Source: Phallusia mammillata
Taxonomy: Eukaryota
Reading direction: 5' to 3'
Assembly (NCBI GenBank): GCA_965637545.1
Contig: OZ281496.1
Coordinates: 26,288,001-26,352,000, forward strand
Length of the DNA: 64,000 nucleotides
The notes beneath the pieces were generated by a model. That model did not search any database. It was not told the DNA's origin and saw nothing but the letters and a program-made list of their open reading frames with translations. How positions within the stretch are numbered: position 1 is the first letter of the stretch; the number at the start of each line of letters is the position of its first letter. Of this stretch, positions 13,524 to 24,133 are shown one piece after another. The translations under genes and the position numbers were made by a program.

Positions 13524-15545
13524 CTTTGCTCTAAAGAATGTGTCCCTGACTGACTTTTTGCCGGCTAACTGGACCCTTGCGTGATTGCCAACTGTTTTTT
13601 AAGCCTTGGGGCATTTTTTGCAATTTGCCTTTTTTCAATTTCCATAGTTTATGGTTGTCGTTTTATTACAACAGTATACTCGCTTTCCATCGCTTTTTAC
13701 GGTCAAAAATGCATCCAAATGCGGCAAATGTCGATGCTTGAGTCGAATAAATGCGATAACATCCAACGCGAATTTCCTACGCTAGATCGATAAGATATAT
13801 TGCTTATGCGTTTCTGATTGGTTGCGATGTCTCAAGTTGTAATGGGGCTTAAATGCTACATATTTCGTCAAAAAGCTACTAAAGTTAGTTATTTACGATC
13901 ATTTACCACAAACTATTTAAGCAGTTCAAAGTGGTTTTAAACCCACTCCAATTATATAAAGTCGATCACTCTCCTGTAAATGGCAATGCTATCGGTAAAC
14001 GAAATCTTATACGTCCTTAATCAGCCTGACGACAATGTTTGGATTCAATATGTGTTCAACCCCGCGTCCCTGACACCTATCGATTTATCCGAAACGGACA
14101 TAGAGGTGTTCAAATTAAACTGAAATGAAAATATACTAGACTTTGATAATAGTTGATAAAATAAACATTGCTTAAAATATGAACTGAAATAAAAGTATGC
14201 AAGATATTGATATTTGGTTGATAAAATAAACACTGCTTTTTGTGTTTGGTTTTGGTGAGTTTGAACTGCTCATAAGATTTGCGATGTCCACTTACAGGTT
14301 AAACGAATGTTTTACATTTCGTTGATGTTGCCATTAGGCCACATAAATATAAATGCTTTTGCTGTAACGATGTTTCTTTTTGAAGCGAACTACGTTGGGT
14401 CGTATTTATTGGCGTTCTCTTTAAAAATGCGAGTGTTCTTTGGTATTTTAATGAAATGGTTGTTATTATTTGTAGCTTAAACGCAGTGTGTTTAAAAATC
14501 AGCAATCCGTAATTGTTAACATGTTGTTAACACAGGTTTACACTTCGTTTGTGTTTCTCAAGTTGGTGGGTCGCATTTTTTTAATGGGGTCATGAAGGTA
14601 TTTTTATTGGTATCACAAAAATTTTGTTCATTACGCACAATATTGTCACCTTAGTTTGTCATTTATCGGCAAAAATGATATTCAAATATTTTATTATGCA
14701 ACATATTGTTACGATATCTATATAAGTTTGGAATTTCAGCTATTAAAGTTTAATAGTGATAATTAAACTGACTTTATCATACATATCCATGTTTAAGGAC
14801 AAAATAAAAACGCTGACGATTGGTTGTAAAAATGTATATGCATGAACACACATCGATAGTTTCCTAATTATGTGTTAGTTAAGAGCACGGGGAGGAGGGT
14901 TGTGTTGAAAAACCTCCAATGTGTGCAATGTGTGTAGCAAAGATAAAAAGTCGCTGACATGATACACATTATAGTTCGGGTTAACCCTATACGCTGGTAT
15001 CCTAGAGCAACCATGCCGACTACGATTTCTATGCTACGACAATGCGTTATAGGCAAAAAATAAGACATTTTTAGATTAAAAATGATAAACTAGTATTATT
15101 TGCACTGGAGAAAATCACTAAGTGGTTGTTGTTGCATTAATGTTATCACTTCTTGTTTTGAAGGTATTCGCATATTTGTAACCACAGCCAATTTTGTTGG
15201 TCAGAGTTTATTTCACTCGGTCAAAATCGTAGCAGTACAATTGCAGTACAACAAAAATAAGCCGAAAATAAACGGGCGTCTTGTCATATCGCAGATAAAG
15301 TTCTTACTCCAGACATTTATTTTTGTGTTCAGATTCTTTGTTGTATACCGCATTTTAATTTTACTTTGTTTATAACCAACCTAAAGTAAAAAGTATAGTC
15401 TATTAGTCACAATGGTGTAATCACACATACACGAGTCCGACATAAATTTTAAATTTTATCAATCTGTGGGAGTTCAAATGTTGGTCAAAAAACCGTAAGT
15501 GTTTTAAATTATATCTTTGCAGACATTAACCAGGCTTGTTTCGTT

Positions 15546-17605
15546 TTACTCGTGTTCGTGCATTACGTGGTCACACGGATTTGAACAGAAATGATTGTTC
15601 AATTCCTTGATCTGTTCCGCTGAAAGATTGCCGGTTTCTCTGTCGAACACAAACACGTTTTTTTCGTCTCCGGTAACTTCCACTAACTTCTTGCGATCGA
15701 ACTTAAATCCGTCAAGTCCATAAGCCATGGCATACACCTAAATAACAAGTTCCAAATGTATGCAATTAGATTACAGTTATTGCGATTGGAAAGCATTTAA
15801 TTTTCGGTCGTGCAAATAGATTGTAGGGTCATATTATTTTCGATTAGAAAACAATGCAATTGCTTATAATAAGCGTTGATGGTTTATACAATGTTTTTTG
15901 TAAACACGTTCAGTCTAATGTTTTTCGTCAGATTCGTGTCAAAACTCAATATTTTAATGCTACCAAAATATAGTGGCCAAATAACCAAAAACAACATATG
16001 ATTTGCTAAGAAAAAATACTCTATTTCACTTTTATACAAAGGCTGCAGCTGTGTAACTTTTAGCACATTGATTTTATGTGATACATATTGATTCATACAA
16101 AAGGCCAACGTTACCCGAATGCCACGTCTTCTGGCTTCAGCGGACGCCCTTCTTACATCACCTGTGGGATTGGCGTTCGCAATGAGTAAAAAAATTGCTT
16201 TGGGCACTCTGTCGTCTCTCAGGCCGGATTCGCGGGTAAACAGGTTATCGATTGCGTACTGAATCGCGGGACCAACATTTGCTGGACCTATAGACGTTAA
16301 GGTTTATAGGATTTGTCACGTCATCATAGATCTTTATGTAACTTATTCTTAGTAACCTTGAGCTACTGAGATTCTTTCGTGCACAATCTCCGACAAACGT
16401 GATTTGTTTGTTCCGTATTCGTTGAATTTAACCACACTGGACACGACTGGCTCGTCGCTAAAATACATTGCTGAAATCATGATGGCATCCTCCGCTACGG
16501 CCGGCCTTAAGAAGTAACAAAAAAATGTTTACATTGTATACATGTAGGCTTAGTAACAAAGGTGAGAAAACACATCGCGCTGCTTACCAAGTAATCCTTT
16601 CGCGAAATCTATTCAGTCTTGCTTCCTGGTTGTCACCTCCAATGTGATAAGATAAACGTTATCCAACAAGTAGTAAGGTGGACATGGCCCTAAAATAATT
16701 GATATATATTTAAAAAGGTAGGTCACATTGGAACAGCACTTGGGAAATTGTAATAACGTAAAATAATATGACTTCAACCCACTTGCACAGCAGGGCCGTT
16801 CTCTATTCCACGTCCCATTTCTTAAACAAACGTTCGCTTCCTGACCTTTAGGCCACACAGAATAATCTTTGCCCGTGCACTGGTATTCACAAACTGAACC
16901 TGGTTTGTTTCCGTTGTGACACTCGACTTTGCCGTGTGGAAAATTACGTGGCACTTGTAAGCAGTCAGCAACTAATGGAATTTAAATAAGTTGAATTTAG
17001 TTACTTTTGTCGATATCGTTGCCCTTCCGATACTTATATTTGAATGTACCTCGGCTTGCTGAACTGTAAACGGAAGCGCATGTTGGCATGCCAACGTTAC
17101 AAAAATCCTTACTACAGCAACATGTGCACATTGAATTGGCTTGATCCAAGTTGCATTGAGTGGACCTTCCAGAATATCTTGTATTCTGCCAAACACAAAT
17201 GAATAATTAATCAATTAAGGAAGAAAAAAGATTTTTTCACATATGCTTGCCTGCATTTGGTTGTCTCGGCAAGCTCTTCGGTTTTTACAACCTTTCACGA
17301 CACGCATGCGATCACCATAGCGTCTCACGACAGTTTCACATGATTCCTAGATGTAGTTGTAAACATTGTCAATTGTTCTTGATACAATTTTAGATTTTTT
17401 ACCTGATTTGACATGCAGTCTTTTATCTTTCCCTTGAAGTCACAATTGTCAAAACTCGATCCAATGCGACTCATGCATCTTATGCCTGAAACCAAAGTAA
17501 TTTGTTCAAACTGACCAAAAATGCAGTTATTTGCAAAAATGTTTTACCTTCTGCCGTTTTCGTGGTAACTAAGACAATGCAAAATATTTCAAAGTGTTTC
17601 ATCAT
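15546..17605 (-). pseudogene. Ly6/uPAR-sushi-vWA copy 7, frameshifted (pseudogene or assembly indel)
   Basis: Nine exons are present. A 1-nt deletion near 16650 in exon 6 (GTT TAT CT- TAT CAC ATT GGA, versus paralog VFLYHVGG) gives an early TGA. The second LU cysteine is replaced (CMSR versus CMSC). Intron 3 has a GC donor at 17250-17249. Confidence 0.7.
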
Positions 17606-18964
17606 TGCTTCATAACGTTTTCGTAACAAATTAACCCTTTTTTGCTGGCCTTAAGTTATACAACTATAACAAAACTGTTCACATCCAGCACCTTACGGCC
17701 TGAATATAATTTTCTCTTTGCGGTCGCATAGAGCTACGTTGATTTTTCAATTGAGATTCAGTATGGTAAGGTTGGTGTGCATGAAATGTAAGATTGCCTG
17801 TGGGCAGAACGTATCTCGGCGATTAAATCGTATTTTAGGCCCTTGCTTTGTCCGTGATTGTAATGTGTGCGATTGACACATCATCCCATATATCTTCGGT
17901 ACCGATTTCCGGCATTTTTCCGCTCGCCCGTAAACGAGCGTTGCCCTTCAAAGTGGAGTGATACCTTTTTCCGATCAGCTAAAAAATAAAGGCAAAACGT
18001 ATCATCATAGACTCTTATTAACTTTTTTTGCAAAGTCCATGTCATAGTCACTTTGTGGATATTAACAGATATTTGTCAATTTTACATTATCAAACAAAGC
18101 GGTATTACCAATTTGTTTGCTCTCTTTGTCTGTTTGAAGTCCATTAATAATTATTAATCCACCTCGGCTTTTCTGTACCTAATTGTAATGAATATTGCCA
18201 GTTAAATGTTGATCTCGCCAATGTAAATGTTTCAACACTGCGGTATCATTTTATATCCGACCTTGATCTATGTAGATTATTGATTTCAGAGCCAGTATTG
18301 GTGTGAATTGCCTGTGGGCAGAACGCAGTTTGGGATCAAATTGCACTTCTAAGCCCTTCCTTGAACAGCGCACAGAAATGCCTTAACGGGTAAAATTATA
18401 TTTGAGCGACTCGTATCTTGTCTTCATTAGCATCATTTGGTCTTTGTCACAAGTTGATCTTTTTCGTCTGTTGTTCGGATGTACAATCTACAATCTTATA
18501 AACAGGCTTTTACCGTATACCACTTAAAGCTGTTTATTTCTCCTGACAGAACTTATTCCATACATACTATCTGCAGAAAACGTTTTTAATGTAATCAATT
18601 TCTGTTATATATCTACCTTGTTTAAAAAAGAAGGAAACCTTGCTTTTCCATGACATGGAATTTTTTTATTATTTTGCACGAGTCAATCCACAGCCTGTAG
18701 TGAAAAAAGGGCAATAAACACAAGGTACGAAAGCTTTTGTATAAGTTAATGAAGTGTAGGTCAATAAAATGGCAGTTTTACTTCTGCTATGTAGGCAGTG
18801 AGACAACACAGTATGTAATGGTTAAATCTTTGTAGTTTAAAAGCCAGAAAAAAAACTAAATTATTCCACGAATTTGCACACAAAAATCTTCCGCGAAAAC
18901 AATTCTCCGATTATATAACACAGACTGTGAAATTTGACCGTGCTTTCCTTCAAAGAGATTCTGA

Positions 18965-20581
18965 TTAATTCTCCTCCCGCATTCTTGCAAGAAGATCGTG
19001 GAGGTTCTTCACTAGCTGATCGGCCTTTTCATCCTGGGAAGCTTTTGGCTTGCTCTCTTGGACATCTTCTTTAGGCTTTACATCGGCTTTTGGCTTTACA
19101 TCGGCTTTTGGCTTAGGTGCATCGGCTACAGGTGCTGGTCGTCTGTTGGCATCCATCCTGGCGCGTGAATCCATTCGCATCATGTTTCTTCTGGCAATCA
19201 AGTCACGGAGCATGTGCTCACGAGCATCCATTTCATTATCGTCATCATCCTCGTCTTCTTCATCTTCATGATCACGAAGATTGCGAAGCATCTGCATCAG
19301 GAAATCCCGCTTAGATTGCTTCTCCTCAAGCTCATCGCTCTTCTCGCTGGTATCTTGATCAGCTTTCTCATCAGCAACGGGTTTCACGGCTGGTTTTTCG
19401 TCAGCGACTGGTTTCTCCTCAGATGCCTCTTCCTTTGCAGCCTTCTCATCACTCTTTTGGTTGTCTGCTTTGGCTCGTTGATCCTGCAGCATCTTCATGT
19501 GGTCTTTCAGCATCTCGAACATTTGTGCATCGAAAACATCCTCGTCCTGTTCATCTTCATCTTCGTCAAATGATGGGCGTGCACGCATCCTTTCGTCCAT
19601 CCGCATTCTTTGGTCCATCCTCATTCTGTCGCTTCTCATCATATCTCGGGAAGGTCTATTAAATATAATGCTTAAGTACATGAATCGAGCAGCGTGTGTC
19701 TTATTATAATTTTTTATTAGTAACTTTATGAAAAGTCACAGTATATTTTATGGTGTCAGTGCTGATGCCTGAAAATCATTTCAGGCATAAGATTGTCGTC
19801 TATTTTCAAACAAAACGCTTGCAAACAGTGTTATTTTTGTGATTTGGGGCCGTAACGAACATTTGCGATTTGGCAACGCACCGTTTTTATTCGAAAATTT
19901 ATTTGTGTTCTATAATGCTTCACAATATGTTTACACTGGCGCTCAGTTGTGACGTCATTTCTGACTGCGTGGCGCGTTAAGTTTGTGCGCAGGCCGCGAG
20001 ACCGGAAGCCCTTTGTTCTTTAATAATTTCCCTGTTGCGGTCGGCACACGCAGCGATTCTTTGTTTTCAGCCGCTCATCACGTGATGCCTTTTTGATCAT
20101 GTGACTTGCGCCTGCGGAAATTTCGCGAATTCTGAAACCGCACTGCACTGTTTCAAGTGCACAATCCAAAACGGTTAACGATTCCTAGACATTTGGAATC
20201 GGTGTTTGTTTTAACAAGCATCCAATGTCGATCAAAAATAAAGTATAATGTTACTATCGTTTTTTTATACCGCTTTTTGACTCCGGCGGCGCTTAGTCAA
20301 TTAAGATCATTTTTTTTTCCAGCTAGATTGTGAGCATCTATTTAGAACGATTTTTGTGCTAATACATTTTTAATTTGTCCAGATTTTACAGAAAATTAAC
20401 AAATGATTGCAATTTTAATCTAGCGCATTTTGACAATGAGGGCCGAACAGTTTGAACATTATTTCGGCATAGAGCAAAGGTACAAAAAATGAAAAGTTTA
20501 TATATAACACATAACATACCTTGCATCGGCCATCGCCATCATGGAGACGCCCAACAAAAGGCAAACAAGAAATCCCTTCAT
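18965..20581 (-). CDS. Secreted low-complexity Met/Arg/Asp/Glu/Lys-rich protein of about 250 aa, unknown family
   Basis: Exon 1 (20581-20520) encodes MKGFLVCLLLGVSMMAMADA followed by AG|GTATGT. Exon 2 (19655-18965) starts after aatag| and is in phase with the 238-aa ORF, ending ARMREEN*. Confidence 0.85.
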
Positions 20582-23279
20582 TTTCAGTTTTATTTGTTTA
20601 CAACAGTAGTAGTTGCCCAAATCTGACAAAACATTAGAAATTTGTTAACAATTTTTTAACATGTTACACTCTTAATGGCATCTGAATTCAGTTTTACATG
20701 TTAAAAACAGACCAGAATCTATAGATTTGTTCACTTTGCATCCCCTTTAAATTTTACCATCATTAAACCAAACTTAAGGTTTCAAACATAATTTATCCTG
20801 CCAGCAGCTATTCAAGTACCCTGCCTGCAGTTATTTTGTATATGATTGTCTTAGGACGATTATAGCAACCATAACAAGGAAGCAACTCTTTGTCCTAGCC
20901 AAAGCGTTTAAAGGAGGGAGGAGCGCTTGCAACGCCGCCCACCTAAACTAAAGTAAGGAGCAGACGTACTCTGACGGCATAACAAACCATACATTACAAA
21001 TATATTGTATCGAAATAACTAAATATAGTTCAAAACTACCAGGGTTTATGACTGAATTGAATATGGAAATTAATACAAATTAAGAAACGTATATAGAACA
21101 AAACTTTTCCATCGTATGCGAGATACTTTTAGATTCGAATCATGGACAACTTAAAACTCGCTAAAAGTGTTACAGAATTAAATCATGTAATACAACTATC
21201 AGCTGCTAACTTTTTTCACTGTAGTTGATAGTCCCGTCGGTTCGACTTACTAAACAATACTAAGCGTAATTTGGGCCCGAACGCCACCATATGTTTATTT
21301 TCTATTGCTTACTGCGGAGGATGCCAGCCAGCGTTCGTGGGGTTACAGCGTGTGGGAGACAAAATCACAGGAAAGAGCCCTCCGCTATTCTCATACTTGC
21401 AAACTGCCATCCTGCCTTATCATGTTCTCCATTGTTGTGACTATTTGAATTCGTGCAAACTTAATCGGGATTCGTGATTTCTGGCATGTGATGTTTTAAC
21501 ACGTCTGTTTAGAAACTTTAGATTATTCAACTAAAGCATTGTGCAAACAGATACAATTTGCCTAATGTTGGTAATATCTCATTTAGGTCCAAACTGTCGA
21601 AAAAGCAAAGATTGTCAATGTAATACGCCTGGCGACAACACTATATTAAAGTCTTGGAAACTAAAGAAATTACGACCAAAATAGTTGATGTATTTCAGTC
21701 ACATTTCATATAGTTTTCCACAAATATATTTCTTTATCAAAGACAAAATTAAATCTTATTTTTCAGCTTTATTTCTGAACTAAAAACCACATATTTTTGA
21801 CTGTATTGTCCTGACTTGTAACAAAGTGTAAAATGGTTGTATTTAAGCCCTACATCCCCCACCAACCCTAAATGACTGGAAATATCATTTTTGTTCGATC
21901 GAAAAAGTAGTCATTGCGCAAAAAAATATTTTTGGATACTGCGTAGAGGAATTTTAGTATGAGTTGTACAGTTTCTCCAAGCAAGTGTCACAGCATGACA
22001 AACGCCACGGATTCTAAATTATTCTAATATATACCGTGAGGCATAACCAAAATCAAGCCGTCGTTCAAATTTGCATCAGGAACGTTTTACGCCCTTTTTA
22101 TAGTTTAGTTCAAATGTAAAACTGTATGTGGTTTTGAATGGCCCAAGCATGGTCTCTGTTATTCGTATGCAAATATTCTCGTTTGCATATTAAATCATCG
22201 AAGTGGGTTAATTTCGGTTGTTAAACTGTTGTACTTAATTCCAACGCTTTAGTATGTTTAATGTATCGTATGGCATTAAACTCGAAACCGTTTTATCTGA
22301 AATCTGAATATGACTAAACCATTACATAATCCACACGCTGCTGAAGTGAGCATAGATTCGGTGTAAAGTTTCTCTGAAAATAATAGAACGCGCAGGCAAT
22401 TCGGTAAAACCATATGCTGATTTGCGATCTGTTGCTTAGAACGACCAGTAATGATGAAACACCATTTCTAGAAACGTGGAACTCTTTGCGCGATTATGCC
22501 ACGTGTCTTTATTCAATTTGACCATGTCTGTTTAATGCTCGTTTGGGTTTTGTCCTAGACCTAGTCTAAAGGAATATTTTCCAAAGAAATGACAACAATG
22601 ATAAGAAAGGCCTTTCGTTGTGATTTGTGAAGTTACTCAACTATTGTGTACGCAGTTGCGTTCTATGACTCGTTTCCTGAGTGAAATTATCACAAGCGTT
22701 CTAAAGCTTAACAGCTTTGTAGTCTACTGTCAGAGTTTACAACTTAAAAAGTTTTGTATACATCATTAAAGTATCTATCAACCACGCTTGCTTAGTCAAG
22801 GTCTTTTCACCATTGTATAATTGGAATTTAAAGTTTTAGCCTAAAAAATTACCACGATGGGGTGATTAAAGTACAGAAAATAAGTCATACTCCTCGCCAA
22901 TGGCTGATATGCATAGACCCTGAAAGAATACACATGGAGGGAACATGGCCGACTGCCATCCTGTCTGATCATGTGCTTTATTGTATAGAACATAGTGCTT
23001 CGTGCGAACTTATTATCCGGAGTCGTGATTTCAGGCATGTGATGTTTTAACAAGTTTTGTTGGATTATTCAACCACCACAAAACGAGTGCGTGGTACCTA
23101 TAATTGACAATAAGCATTTGAACGTAGAAAGCCTTCTTTGATATCTACAAGGGTTGTTGGAGAATTGGTTTGTAGTGTATTCCCGGTATACCAGTTGCTA
23201 TACCAGTATACCAGTCATTTTCCGTACAAGCATATGCCGCTAGGTGGTGTGCGTGCTCTCCAAAGACTGAGGCAACTTC

Positions 23280-23293
23280 AGGTCAACGGTTCA
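23280..23293 (+). promoter_or_regulatory. Candidate DR2 nuclear-receptor element 3' of Hox10
   Basis: AGGTCA-AC-GGTTCA; both half-sites match RGKTCA. Motif match only. Confidence 0.3.
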
Positions 23294-24133
23294 AACATGT
23301 CCATCTAACCTTGTACCCGCTTAACTTGACAGTATCGTATTTTTGTAGGTCCAATTTGTTCTGGAGTGAAAAGTGATAGATGCAAAAAAAATACTTTTCT
23401 CTCCTTACTTCACTATCTAAAATATATATCTGTTCTGGTTTTTTGTCGTTTGGCTCTCAAAATTCTGTTGTGGAAATGGTGTCTTTAATTAATTTTTTCA
23501 AATAAAGCTTATTGAAGAAAAATATTTGATATTAACCTACCCTTCCCTTTAGTGTGTCTGTATATCAACTTATAGCCAGTCAACAGTTGAATATTTTGTC
23601 GAATATAATGTCATAGGCTTCATAGTCTTACCACCTGCCGTAGTTTATCGTTTTAGTATTTTTACACCCATCAGGTCGTCTGAGCGCACATGCAAGAAAC
23701 ATACAATGATAAAAAGGTAGCAAAATTACACCGACGACCGAAGAACACTGACAAACGCAAAAAGCAAAATAACGATTTCAAACAGCGACACTGCGCGGAT
23801 TGCTGGCAAGATGAGCCAGGTCGTTGGGCGGCGATAAAAAGCAACGGAGATGACAAATTATCAATTGGAATGAGTTAGGTAGTCCAATGGTAGACAGAAG
23901 ATTGCAAAGAATTACAGAGTGCATCGGCTAGGGATAAATACGTAACGTTAAAACGCGCAGCGATTGGCGGATTCCAATTTTGTCTTGCAAAGCATTTTTT
24001 TAGTCATAAAACAATCGAGTATGCTTTGGAAAGGCACTCAACATCATACTGGCAACTCATGAGCTGTATCTTACCAATTGCTCGCCAAGATAAAAATACT
24101 TCAATGCCAACCCCACATATCCAGTAACTCGAC

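Noticed and set aside
13930-15380. Short coding-looking frames between array copies 6 and 7
   Set aside because: No recognisable domain, conflicting frames and strands, and no consistent splice chain.
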